A DNA stretch of 64,000 nucleotides from a bacterium (GTDB taxonomy: Bacteria > Patescibacteriota > Minisyncoccia > Phycocordibacterales > UBA9973). Below, one piece after another: positions 34,164 through 43,413 of the stretch. Each line of letters begins with the position of its first letter. Positions within the stretch are counted from its first letter, which is position 1. The position numbers and the translations under genes are program-made. Under the pieces are notes generated by a model. That model worked only from the letters and a program-made list of their open reading frames with translations. It was not told the DNA's origin and did not search any database. The stretch spans positions 207,157-271,156 of the forward strand of contig JBAWZD010000002.1 of the NCBI GenBank assembly GCA_037143195.1, read 5' to 3'.

Positions 34164-36323
34164 ATGAAAATCATTCAAAAAATCTCACTCTGCGTGCTCA
34201 GTGTTCTCGTCGCATTTTCAGTTGTTTCATCAGTTCGCGCAGATGATGCAACTCCGCCAGCTGATACGACACCTCCAGTCATTACACTCGTGGGTGACGC
34301 CTCGGTTTCCATTTCACAAGGCGCGACATATACCGATAGCGGAGCGACCGCAAGCGATGATGTCGATGGTAATATCACTGCAAACATTCATGTTGCAGGC
34401 ACTGTTGATACAACGACCGCAGGTTCCTATACACTGACATATTCGGTGAGTGATGCTGCGGGGAATCCTGCCACTCCGGTCACGCGCACGGTCACAGTTA
34501 CACCTGTCGTGGTGGTTCATCCTCTGACAGAAACAGTGTTGATTCGTAATGGAAGTACGATTATCGATCAAGAAACAGTTTCGCTTCCAGCTTCTGGCAC
34601 GGTCACAATCACCGATGATGCTGGTGCGACGCATTCAGTGAATGCAGATAGTGTGCTCGGACTATTGTTTGCAATGAGTCAGGGCGGAACATTTTCGTTG
34701 TCTGATCTTACGTATTACAGCTCGTTTAGTTCACTCTACCTAAAGTGTCTTACTCCAAATGGTGGAAGTGCGCTCTGTGACAATTGGCAATTCGTCGTCG
34801 GTGGTACATCGCCATGGACGAGTATTGATCAGACAATTCTTTCAGGAGGGGAGACAGTTGGTCTGTATTTTGGATCATCACACAGAGTGCGTTTTGATAC
34901 GACACAGGTAACGACTGGCGGATCCGTACATGCAACAGCAGAACAATACAACTATCTCGACAATTCATGGAGTCCACTCACCGGTGTCTCTGTTGGGGTG
35001 ACTGTACCAAATCCAAACGATCCATACAATCCGACAGTCGTGAGTTCTGTTCCTGTCGATGCACAGGGAAATGCAACTCTCTCGTTTCCAAACAGTGGCA
35101 CATTTTCTGTCGGTGTTGTCGAAGACTATTATTTCCCATCATATACCGTGACAGCAACTGCAGCTGTACAAACGAGTGGTGGTGGAGGTGGTTCGGGTGG
35201 TGGGGTGCTGCTTGAAACAACTTCGCCCCAAAAAACTGCGCTCGTGTTGAACACACAAAATGCTTTTACGTTTTTGAAACAAAATCAGAATACTGACGGC
35301 TCTTTCTCTGGCGGTGATATGTATACCGATTGGGCAGGCGTTGCATTTGGCGCGATTGATAAGAATCAAACGGATCCTGCAACACAGAAATTGATTCAGT
35401 ACTTGAGTACACACGCACTCGTTAAACCACGCTTGACTGACTATGAACGTCGCGCGATTGCAGAACTTGCACTTGGACAAAATCCATACACATTCGGCGG
35501 TGTTGATGTCGTTACGCCTGTCGTACAATCGTTTGACGGAACACAATTTGGCGATGCCAATTTGATCAACGATGATGTGTTTGCGCTCATCGCGCTTGAA
35601 AGTGCTGGCTACACGAGTAGTGATGCACTCATCGCAAAAGATGTTGCATATATTCTTTCGAAACAAGGCACCGATGGATCATGGGAGGCAGGTGTCGATA
35701 TGACTTCAGCTACCGTGCAGGCACTCAGCCCGCTCGCAAGTGTGAATGGTGTTTCGGACGCACTCAAAAATGCGTCGACATATCTGGCGCAGAGTGAGGC
35801 GAGTGATGGAGGATTCGGTTCTGCATATACGACGAGTTGGGTTGCACAAGCGATGAATGTTTTGAAAGCATCATGGACAAAGAACGGACATGATGCGCTT
35901 GGATTCCTCGCAGGTTCCCAACAAACTGACGGAGGACTTTTGCTCGCAAGTGACACGATGCCAAATCGTATTTGGGCAACGAGTTATGCTATCCCTGCAG
36001 GTCTCGGACTTTCATGGAATGCGGTTTTGCACTCAGTCGCGCGACCTGTTGTTGCGCCGAAACTTGATCAGACTGTTGCACCTGTTTCAAAAACAGTTTC
36101 GTCAGTCGGCGAGAATGATGGAGCGAAACCAAAACAAAGTGCGCGACACAATCTTGGGGCACTATCCACCGCTCTTGCCGTCCAAGCCCTCGAAAATCCG
36201 ACCCAAACATCGACGCAAAACGCACCGCAAACACCGGCCGAACAGTCACATCCAAAAAAGACATTCAAACAATCAGTAATTGCAATTTGGCATACCTTGG
36301 TACATACTCTTACATCATGGTAA
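34164..36323 (+). CDS. secreted protein: DUF5011 Ig-like domain, DUF4430-like segment and prenyltransferase/squalene-oxidase-repeat alpha/alpha barrel
   Basis: Signal peptide; DTTPPVITLVG..ATASDDVDG; WQFVVGG..GETVGLYF; QNTDGSF, QGTDGSW, SDGGF and QTDGG repeats. Confidence 0.8.
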   Translation: MKIIQKISLCVLSVLVAFSVVSSVRADDATPPADTTPPVITLVGDASVSISQGATYTDSGATASDDVDGNITANIHVAGTVDTTTAGSYTLTYSVSDAAGNPATPVTRTVTVTPVVVVHPLTETVLIRNGSTIIDQETVSLPASGTVTITDDAGATHSVNADSVLGLLFAMSQGGTFSLSDLTYYSSFSSLYLKCLTPNGGSALCDNWQFVVGGTSPWTSIDQTILSGGETVGLYFGSSHRVRFDTTQVTTGGSVHATAEQYNYLDNSWSPLTGVSVGVTVPNPNDPYNPTVVSSVPVDAQGNATLSFPNSGTFSVGVVEDYYFPSYTVTATAAVQTSGGGGGSGGGVLLETTSPQKTALVLNTQNAFTFLKQNQNTDGSFSGGDMYTDWAGVAFGAIDKNQTDPATQKLIQYLSTHALVKPRLTDYERRAIAELALGQNPYTFGGVDVVTPVVQSFDGTQFGDANLINDDVFALIALESAGYTSSDALIAKDVAYILSKQGTDGSWEAGVDMTSATVQALSPLASVNGVSDALKNASTYLAQSEASDGGFGSAYTTSWVAQAMNVLKASWTKNGHDALGFLAGSQQTDGGLLLASDTMPNRIWATSYAIPAGLGLSWNAVLHSVARPVVAPKLDQTVAPVSKTVSSVGENDGAKPKQSARHNLGALSTALAVQALENPTQTSTQNAPQTPAEQSHPKKTFKQSVIAIWHTLVHTLTSW

Positions 36324-36649
36324 GGATCTTAAACAAGATCATCAAAAAGATTAAACAACCGCTCCCACGCACGGCCTACCGTCGCAATGCCGAAATCTAC
36401 AAAGTCCTTGCAAATCCAAAGCGATTAGAGATTCTTGACCTGCTCCGCGAACAAGAAATGTGCTGTGACGAGCTCGTCCGAATTCTTGGAGTTTCAAAAG
36501 CAAACATCTCCCAACATCTCGCACTTTTGCGAAATGCCAATCTCGTCTCCGTGCGTCGCGAGGGAGTCAACGGCTATTATCGCATCATCGACCCCGCCGT
36601 CATCGAGCCGTGTCGCGTTTTGTATCGACTTGCTCAAGAGGGGAAATAG
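36317..36649 (+). CDS. ArsR/SmtB family transcriptional regulator
   Basis: KVLANPKRLEIL, SKANISQHLALLR, RREG..YYRI. Confidence 0.92.
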   Translation: MVRILNKIIKKIKQPLPRTAYRRNAEIYKVLANPKRLEILDLLREQEMCCDELVRILGVSKANISQHLALLRNANLVSVRREGVNGYYRIIDPAVIEPCRVLYRLAQEGK

Positions 36650-36660
36650 ATACGCCTCTT

Positions 36661-36695
36661 GCACAAAGAACCTTATAACATAAGGTTTTTTGTGC
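36661..36695 (+). terminator. intrinsic terminator
   Basis: GCACAAAGAACCTTAT/ATAAGGTTTTTTGTGC hairpin after arsR. Confidence 0.6.
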
Positions 36696-36749
36696 CTGCA
36701 CCACCGGAAGATTTTGTGAAAATAGTTACGGCGAGATATAATTGTTTAC

Positions 36750-37886
36750 ATGGAAACGAACCAACCGAATGGGTTGTCAGATAGCGGACCTCAAGAATCA
36801 TCCGAGGAAAAGGGTGATTCAACCGTAATCGAAAACATAGATTCTTGGAAAATCAAGAACTATTATCAAGTGCTCGGGGTTACGAACAAGGCAACACCCG
36901 AAGAAATAAAGAAATCATACCGTAAGCTTGTAACCAAATATCACCCTGACAAAGTTGCTTCCTCGGGTTTAGAAGCAGTCAAGAAAAATTACGAAGAAAT
37001 AATCAAAATAATTAATCAGGCGAATGATGTTATTTCTGACAGTCGTCTTCGAGTAGCCTACGATGAAAAAATTCTTGCAAAGGAGCAGGCTGGTTTTTCG
37101 AGCTCTACTCAAGAAGCAACATTCGAAGGTTCTTCTGGTTCAGTTCAGTTTAATCAGGAAATATACGAGCGGATGTTAAAAGATATTGATGCCTTATTTG
37201 AAAATCGCCAGTCATTCCCTGGTAGATATGAAAGAAAAGTACGCCCAGTTTTTCAGCAGTACGAATCGATGGTCAATGCGAAGAAAAAAGAAGCTTCAAT
37301 AATCGCAGATGATGATATAAAAAAGTTTGAGTTAAATGTAACAACAAAGAATGGAGCCAAAAGAGTCAGCTTGATGAAAGAGCAAATTACAAATAAGCTG
37401 AAGAGCAGTTATTTGTTCGGTGCCTTTAAGAGGTATGAGCAACAGAAAAATATGGTCAATCTATCAAAAGAGTATGCAAAAATTCAGATAGAGAATGGAA
37501 TACTCATTGCTACTGATGCCTACGTGCAACCCCCGATGTCCTTTAGTGGCGCTATCGATGGCAAAATGGATAATTATGTATATGGGAAAGATTCGAATGC
37601 TGATGCAGAAGCGAGTTATTACAAAATATTAGATCCTGATAGTGGGAAGGAGCTTACGTCAGCCGCATATAAAAAAATTGAATTTAGTAAAAAAGGGAAA
37701 GATGATAAGGAGATAGAATTAATTATTGGACATCAGCCATACAAAGTAAAAAACGAAAATCTCATCACTCAGAGTAATAATTCAAATTATAGCTACGGAA
37801 TTTTGAATAATAATATTTCCCGAATTCTAGGTTATAAGGAGAATGGCAAACTCTATTTTCTTTTGGAAGATGTGTCTCCCTACTAA
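36750..37886 (+). CDS. J-domain (DnaJ-like) protein with unknown C-terminus
   Basis: NYYQVLGV..EIKKSYRKL..YHPDK; no zinc finger or G/F region; AT-rich. Confidence 0.85.
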   Translation: METNQPNGLSDSGPQESSEEKGDSTVIENIDSWKIKNYYQVLGVTNKATPEEIKKSYRKLVTKYHPDKVASSGLEAVKKNYEEIIKIINQANDVISDSRLRVAYDEKILAKEQAGFSSSTQEATFEGSSGSVQFNQEIYERMLKDIDALFENRQSFPGRYERKVRPVFQQYESMVNAKKKEASIIADDDIKKFELNVTTKNGAKRVSLMKEQITNKLKSSYLFGAFKRYEQQKNMVNLSKEYAKIQIENGILIATDAYVQPPMSFSGAIDGKMDNYVYGKDSNADAEASYYKILDPDSGKELTSAAYKKIEFSKKGKDDKEIELIIGHQPYKVKNENLITQSNNSNYSYGILNNNISRILGYKENGKLYFLLEDVSPY

Positions 37887-37908
37887 TTAAAAAAAGTGGG
37901 GCGGTTTG

Positions 37909-38493
37909 TTACTCAAGCGGAGCATCTCCAGTCGGCACACGCTTTCGCTTGATTAAAACTGTCATGAGCGAATTCGTCGTGATCATTGCGATCGAGTGCA
38001 GTGTTGTCGCGAGGTTGTAGGCTTGGAGTGAGAAGAGCATCAAGATGTGACGAAGCACGTTCATGCTGTAGAGCATCGGTGTTTCGGTTTCTGGGTGGCT
38101 CCACGTCTTACGAATTGTCGGCACGAAGGCAATCAAATCAATACTGACGGCGATGATGACAGACACGGTTGGATCTTTTGTCAGAATCCATGGAATGATA
38201 CCGAGGAGCGCAATGACGAGGAAGAGTGTGTCGACTTTGCGAATACTTTTAAATCCATATTGGAGTGAAAAAAAGAAAATGATGACAGTAAAAATTTCGC
38301 TTGCTGCGGTCGGGATTGCGCCGATGCCTGCGCCCTTGGCGAGCTGACCAAAAAAGATGATACACGAGACGATGGTCCACACGAGCCATGTGTATGGATG
38401 TGGTTGCACACGTTTGCGGATAATATCACGGAGATAGGGGACATTTCCGACGACGGCAAGGAGCGAGGCGACGAGCGCAATGTAAAATTTCAT
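37909..38493 (-). CDS. conserved hypothetical membrane protein
   Basis: About 7 TM; PYLRDI..PHPYTWLVW, PTIRKTWSHPETE. Confidence 0.75.
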   Translation of the reverse strand: MKFYIALVASLLAVVGNVPYLRDIIRKRVQPHPYTWLVWTIVSCIIFFGQLAKGAGIGAIPTAASEIFTVIIFFFSLQYGFKSIRKVDTLFLVIALLGIIPWILTKDPTVSVIIAVSIDLIAFVPTIRKTWSHPETETPMLYSMNVLRHILMLFSLQAYNLATTLHSIAMITTNSLMTVLIKRKRVPTGDAPLE

Positions 38494-38554
38494 GATTCTA
38501 GCATACCACCGCGCACGCTTTATTTATAGGGGAAAATTGGTATACTAGCCGTAT

Positions 38555-39070
38555 ATGCAATACAATCTTCATCCGCTGTTTGTGCACTTCCCAGTTGCCA
38601 TGTTGTTCGTCTATTCGATTATCAAAATCCTCCCAACAGAGCGTTGGTTTCCGACGGTCGCGTGGAAACACATTGAGCGTGCGCTTCTTGTGTTTGGAGT
38701 AGCTGGTGCATTTCTTGCGCTCGCGACTGGTGATACTGCAGAACACCTCTCGACTGCGAGTCGACCACTGATTGAAATGCACTCGACATTCGCCGGACTT
38801 GCGACAGCACTCTACGGAGCACTCCTTGCTGGAGAATTTTTGAATGTTGTAAATCCGATGCTTGTTCCAAAAATCAAAAACACCACACTCGTGTCACTTC
38901 TCACATGGCTTGAAAAAATCCTCACCAACAAAATCTTTTCAATCGTGCTCGCTACGCTCGCACTCATCGCGATTACCGTGACTGGTTTGCTCGGAGGAGT
39001 CATCGTCTATGGAGTTTCGGCTGACCCAATGGCAGGTATCGTCGTCAAAATGCTCGGCTTGAGTCTCTAG
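38555..39070 (+). CDS. DUF2231 family membrane protein
   Basis: LHPLFVHFPVA, TG..AE, GG.IVYG. Confidence 0.82.
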   Translation: MQYNLHPLFVHFPVAMLFVYSIIKILPTERWFPTVAWKHIERALLVFGVAGAFLALATGDTAEHLSTASRPLIEMHSTFAGLATALYGALLAGEFLNVVNPMLVPKIKNTTLVSLLTWLEKILTNKIFSIVLATLALIAITVTGLLGGVIVYGVSADPMAGIVVKMLGLSL

Positions 39071-39075
39071 TCCCC

Positions 39076-39645
39076 GTGAAAATTCATTCAGCACAATTCG
39101 TCAAAGGCATCATCGGTGATGATGAAATCTTGCACAAGAAAAAACCGGAGATTGCTTTCATTGGGCGATCAAACGTTGGCAAGTCGAGTGTGATTAATTC
39201 ATTCTTGAATGCACGTGAGCTTGCACGCACGGGCAAGAAGCAAGGCAAGACGACGGAAATCAATCTCTTTCTCGTGAATGAGAAATATTATTTCGTCGAT
39301 CTCCCCGGGTATGGATTTGCTGAGGGTGGCCACGAGGCGCGTGAAAACATTCGCGCGATGATCATCAATTATTTCACCCGCAAGACTGATTCGATTCGAT
39401 GCGTCGTTGTGATTCTCGATGCCAAAGTCGGTATCACGGATTACGATCGCGATATGCTTGAAATCTTGTTTGATAACGGACGAAATGCTATTGTCGTGTT
39501 GAACAAGACGGACAAGCTCACGCAAAAGGAAGTCTCGCAAGCAGTGAAGACAATCGCAAACGAATTTCCCGAGCTTGAAGTGTTTCCGTATTCGGCAAAA
39601 TTGAGCAAAGGCGCAGGACGAATTTTAGAAAGAGTAATACAATAG
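39076..39645 (+). CDS. engB: ribosome biogenesis GTPase YsxC/EngB
   Basis: GRSNVGKSS, GKT, DLPGYG, NKTDK. Confidence 0.95.
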   Translation: MKIHSAQFVKGIIGDDEILHKKKPEIAFIGRSNVGKSSVINSFLNARELARTGKKQGKTTEINLFLVNEKYYFVDLPGYGFAEGGHEARENIRAMIINYFTRKTDSIRCVVVILDAKVGITDYDRDMLEILFDNGRNAIVVLNKTDKLTQKEVSQAVKTIANEFPELEVFPYSAKLSKGAGRILERVIQ

Positions 39646-39651
39646 ATATAT

Positions 39652-40128
39652 ATGAATGCAACATTCCACACAAACAAGGGTGAGTTTACGATTGAGCTTT
39701 TTGACAAAGAGGTGCCAAACACCGTCGCCAATTTTGTGAAGCTCGCGAAGTCTGATTTTTATAACGGAGTGAAATTCCACCGCGTGATTGCGGGATTCAT
39801 GATTCAAGGTGGCGATCCGCTCACCAAAGATGATGCTATGAAGCCACGCTGGGGGACAGGTGGTCCAGGCTACAGTTTCAATGATGAGATTAGCGACGTG
39901 AACAAAAACGTAATGGGCACGATTTCAATGGCAAACGCTGGTCCAAACACCAACGGCAGTCAGTTTTTCATCAACTGTAACGACAACAATTTCCTTGATC
40001 GCAAGCACACCGTCTTCGGTCATGTCACCGACGGCATGGAAGTCGTGCAAGATATCGAAGCAACGCCTGTCGATGGACGTGATTGTCCAATCGAGAGTGT
40101 AGTGATTGAATCAATCATCATTAGTTAA
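39652..40128 (+). CDS. cyclophilin-type peptidyl-prolyl isomerase
   Basis: FHRVIAGFMIQGGDP, SMANAGPNTNGSQFFI, HTVFG. Confidence 0.96.
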   Translation: MNATFHTNKGEFTIELFDKEVPNTVANFVKLAKSDFYNGVKFHRVIAGFMIQGGDPLTKDDAMKPRWGTGGPGYSFNDEISDVNKNVMGTISMANAGPNTNGSQFFINCNDNNFLDRKHTVFGHVTDGMEVVQDIEATPVDGRDCPIESVVIESIIIS

Positions 40129-40235
40129 TCGATTAGGAGTCATTATACGTGGGGCACATTCTGGTTATTAAAATAGTATAGAATATAAAAATGGTCGCCA
40201 AGAAAATAAATTCAAGACGACCATACTCTGATTGA

Positions 40236-40475
40236 CTAATTCCACTCTTTAAAAGAAATAACAATTTTTTTCCAATTTTCTCGAAGGCTTTTTTGGGGGT
40301 CGTACAGACTGTCGTTCCATGCAACAAAACCTGATATACCGCCTATGAGAGCATAAAAAAAAGGATTGACATGTGTTAATAGTGTCAACAAAGGGAATAT
40401 AATAATTCCCAAAAACGTTGATATCATTCGTTGTTTAGTTATTCGAGGTACATTCATCTTGATTACAATTTCCAA
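40236..40475 (-). CDS. small orphan membrane protein
   Basis: 2 hydrophobic segments; own promoter TTGACA-N18-TATAAT upstream; start uncertain. Confidence 0.45.
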   Translation of the reverse strand: MEIVIKMNVPRITKQRMISTFLGIIIFPLLTLLTHVNPFFYALIGGISGFVAWNDSLYDPQKSLRENWKKIVISFKEWN

Positions 40476-40534
40476 TATTATATAATATATTTACATAATT
40501 TGTCAAGTCTTTAGGAAAAAACGGTTATCCACAC

Positions 40535-40563
40535 TTGCATGTGAACGAACGTTCACATATACT
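40535..40563 (+). promoter_or_regulatory. lexA operon promoter with putative SOS box
   Basis: TTGCAT-N17-TATACT; palindrome ATGTGAAC-N4-GTTCACAT at 40539-40558 fills the spacer. Confidence 0.75.
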
Positions 40564-40607
40564 TCTTACAGAGGTCGCAAGTAGAAATAATCAAAAAGAA
40601 ATCATTT

Positions 40608-40805
40608 ATGTCTCGTCAAGAATATCTCAAATTGCTCGAAAAAGAGCTCCAGCGTGTGAACAAAATTATCGACTACAAGATCCTGCATGGTATGGAATAT
40701 CGTAGTGAGGCGCGTGATCACAAATTGCTTCTCCGCAAAGTCCGTCAGAATAATCACCGCAGTTTCTTGAACAAAATGTTTCCAACGCTTTCGTTTTTTT
40801 CTTAG
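40608..40805 (+). CDS. small hypothetical protein in the lexA operon
   Basis: 65-aa ORF between the promoter and lexA. Confidence 0.65.
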   Translation: MSRQEYLKLLEKELQRVNKIIDYKILHGMEYRSEARDHKLLLRKVRQNNHRSFLNKMFPTLSFFS

Positions 40806-40826
40806 TGTTCACCCCACGAATCTTTT

Positions 40827-41393
40827 ATGGAAACTGATTACAAAAAAATTCTCCTCAATTTCTACAGTAGGGAAAAGCGCATGCCGACATATTCGGAAAT
40901 GCTCAGTCTCTTTGGCTTCAAGTCAAAGAATGCAGTCAATCGCATTGTCGAGAAATTGCTCGATGCAGGCATCGTAGCCAAAGACCGCCTTGGTCGCCTG
41001 ATACCAACTGCGAGCTTCACCGAAGTGCCACTTCTTGGACTCGTGAAGGCTGGATTTCCCGCCGAAGCAGACACACTCGTCGAGACGACTATTAACCTTG
41101 ATAGTTTTCTCATACAAAAAAAGGAATCGACATTCATTCTTGAAGTTGATGGCGACTCAATGATTGAAGCACATATTGCTGACGGAGATATGGTGATAGC
41201 TGAACGCACCGAACACGCACGAGACGGACAGATTGTGATTGCCGAAGTCGATGGTGAATTTACGATGAAATATTTTCGCAAGGAAGGTGATACAATATGG
41301 CTCGAGCCCGCCAACAAGCACTTTAAACCGATTTACCCTGAGCGTTCACTCAACATCAAGGCGATCGTCAAAGGCGTGGTTCGAAAATATTAA
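40827..41393 (+). CDS. lexA: LexA repressor (wHTH plus S24 peptidase)
   Basis: MPTYSEM..FGFKSKNAV; Ala-Gly cleavage site VKAG; GDSM Ser; TMK Lys. Confidence 0.88.
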   Translation: METDYKKILLNFYSREKRMPTYSEMLSLFGFKSKNAVNRIVEKLLDAGIVAKDRLGRLIPTASFTEVPLLGLVKAGFPAEADTLVETTINLDSFLIQKKESTFILEVDGDSMIEAHIADGDMVIAERTEHARDGQIVIAEVDGEFTMKYFRKEGDTIWLEPANKHFKPIYPERSLNIKAIVKGVVRKY

Positions 41394-41644
41394 TGAAAGA
41401 GCGAATTACTTTTAATACTGTCGCGCAAATTTGTTTGGTGCTCTTTACGAGTCTTGGTTTCCTTTTGACCGCACTCAAGCTCCCTGCATATGGTCTCGTT
41501 TCAAACTTGCTCGCGCAAGTTTTTTGGATTTACAGCACATATCGTTCGTGGAAGCAGGCCAACCAAGTTGGCGCCTTTATCAATACGATCATCACAACGG
41601 TCATTATCGTTGCCGGAGTCATCAATTACTGGTTTTTGAAATAG
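41393..41644 (+). CDS. small 3-TM membrane protein
   Basis: 83 aa, hydrophobic; translationally coupled to lexA. Confidence 0.7.
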   Translation: MKERITFNTVAQICLVLFTSLGFLLTALKLPAYGLVSNLLAQVFWIYSTYRSWKQANQVGAFINTIITTVIIVAGVINYWFLK

Positions 41645-41709
41645 GCATGATTGCTTGATACGGCGAGCTAATTAAGTTACTATCGTGTCTGGGAACCGAA
41701 TCGATTCAT

Positions 41710-42261
41710 ATGGAACACAAAAAATACATCATTGCCTTCGTTGGACACGCCTGCACCGGCAAGTCTGCTGCTGCACGTGCCCTCGCTGAAAAAGCCTCTG
41801 ATATCTATCTCGTTTCGACAGACAAACAAAAGTGGCTCCTTTCAGGATACGATCGTAATACGCATCCGGTACCTATCAAGGAGATTACGTTTGGATTGTT
41901 TAAAGCTGTATGCAAAACGGGACTTCCGATTCAGCTTGAATACATTCGAACAAAGGAAGACTATTTTGCATGTCGACGCGTGGCGAAAAAATTTGGGTAT
42001 GAATTGTTTGTGTTCGAGTTTCTCGCTCCGCTCCCCGTACTCCTCGAACGATTCCATGCACGTGTTGCAGATGCGAAGGCGACTGGCAAGAAAATTTCCA
42101 TCACTACTGAAGAAGTATTTTTACAAAATATTCAAAAAGGATACTATGCTCCGTCGAACGCAATGCGATTTGATACGACACAAGTATCGACTGAGGAAAT
42201 TGTCGCGAAGGTTATCGATCGGCTCGGATCAGATTTTACTCATATTGAATTACAACCATAA
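41710..42261 (+). CDS. P-loop kinase (AAA_33-like)
   Basis: GHACTGKS; lid LLERFHAR; DTTQVS. Confidence 0.8.
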   Translation: MEHKKYIIAFVGHACTGKSAAARALAEKASDIYLVSTDKQKWLLSGYDRNTHPVPIKEITFGLFKAVCKTGLPIQLEYIRTKEDYFACRRVAKKFGYELFVFEFLAPLPVLLERFHARVADAKATGKKISITTEEVFLQNIQKGYYAPSNAMRFDTTQVSTEEIVAKVIDRLGSDFTHIELQP

Positions 42262-43121
42262 TGGAACAAGAATATATCGTTTTACTTTTTTATAAATTCG
42301 TCGATATCGCAGATCCAAAAGGATTTGCGGATGTGCATCGCGCGAAAGCTACAGAACTTGGACTCAAAGGCCGATTGCTCGTGGGTGAAGAGGGTATCAA
42401 TGGCACACTCGAGGGCACACGTACTTCGACGGATGCGTACAAGGAATTCATGAAGCAGGACCCTCTGTTTCGCGATATGAAAATCAAGGAAAGCGTCGGT
42501 ACTGGAAAGTCATTTCCAAAATTGAAGGTCAAAGTGCGTGATGAGATTGTGACGCTCGGTGCAGGACGTTTTAACGTTGCAGAAGAAACAGCGACTGAAC
42601 TTTCACCACGCGAACTCGAAGAATGGTATGAAAACGACAAAGACTTCGTCGTGCTTGATTTGCGCAACGACTTTGAAATCAAAAGTGGAAAGTTTGACCG
42701 CACGATCGATCCAGGGCTCGTACATTTCCGCGACTTGCCACAAAAGATGGAATCGATGAAAGATTTGAAAAACAAAAAAGTGGTGACTGTCTGTACCGGA
42801 GGGATTCGTTGTGAAAAGGCGACATGTCTCTTGAAACGTGAAGGATTCACCGATGTGTATCAACTCAAAGATGGTATCCATACATATATGGAGCAGTACC
42901 CAGGCAAGCATTTCAAGGGAACACTCTTCGTGTTCGACGATCGTATGACCACAGACGTCGTTCCAACTCCAGAAAAAGAAGTCATCGGCACCTGTTTTTT
43001 CTGCGGAACACAAACTGAAAACTATTGTTCTGACGACAGCGTCCGCCCATCACGTAAGATTCTAGTGTGTGCTAGTTGTTACGAAGTAGAAAAACATCGA
43101 CTTCGCGCAAACGTAAAGTAA
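42261..43121 (+). CDS. trhO: oxygen-dependent tRNA uridine(34) hydroxylase (UPF0176 rhodanese family)
   Basis: LFYKF, GRLLVGEEGINGT, CTGGIRCEKA, FVFDDR. Confidence 0.92.
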   Translation: MEQEYIVLLFYKFVDIADPKGFADVHRAKATELGLKGRLLVGEEGINGTLEGTRTSTDAYKEFMKQDPLFRDMKIKESVGTGKSFPKLKVKVRDEIVTLGAGRFNVAEETATELSPRELEEWYENDKDFVVLDLRNDFEIKSGKFDRTIDPGLVHFRDLPQKMESMKDLKNKKVVTVCTGGIRCEKATCLLKREGFTDVYQLKDGIHTYMEQYPGKHFKGTLFVFDDRMTTDVVPTPEKEVIGTCFFCGTQTENYCSDDSVRPSRKILVCASCYEVEKHRLRANVK

Positions 43122-43135
43122 GGTTCATTGTACAA

Positions 43136-43253
43136 CCGGACAAATAAAAAACTCTTTTGAAGAAGGCCTTTCGCAGGCGCTTGGCGCCGAGAAGCTCGCG
43201 CGCGAGCACGCGTGACGAGTTGCCTTTTCAAAAGAGTTTTTTAATTTGTCCGG
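43136..43253. repeat. Y-shaped long inverted-repeat element, divergent copy C
   Basis: About 31-bp IR with two bulges around a 54-nt GC-rich two-hairpin core; lies between convergent genes. Confidence 0.7.
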
Positions 43254-43257
43254 CTAT

Positions 43258-43404
43258 TTAGCGAACCGGATTTTTGGACATTCGTATGAGAGTTAATATA
43301 ACTGCTACTACGAGGAGAAGGTGAATGTACATACCTCCGACATGGAATACGAACGCTCCGAGAATCCATGCGACGCCGAGAACAAATGCGATTGTTGCAG
43401 ACAT
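43258..43404 (-). CDS. lmo0937-family (DUF5670) small membrane protein
   Basis: Manual translation MSATIAFVLGVAWILGAFVFHVGGMYIHLLLVVAVILTLIRMSKNPVR; below the ORF-track cutoff. Confidence 0.8.
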   Translation of the reverse strand: MSATIAFVLGVAWILGAFVFHVGGMYIHLLLVVAVILTLIRMSKNPVR

Positions 43405-43413
43405 AGAGATTGA

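Noticed and set aside
40133-40327. 64-aa ORF overlapping 40236-40475 as a frameshifted continuation
   Set aside because: No homology evidence to join them; left unannotated.
40525-40533. Replication origin at the perfect DnaA box
   Set aside because: Single box with no cluster and no dnaA/dnaN context.
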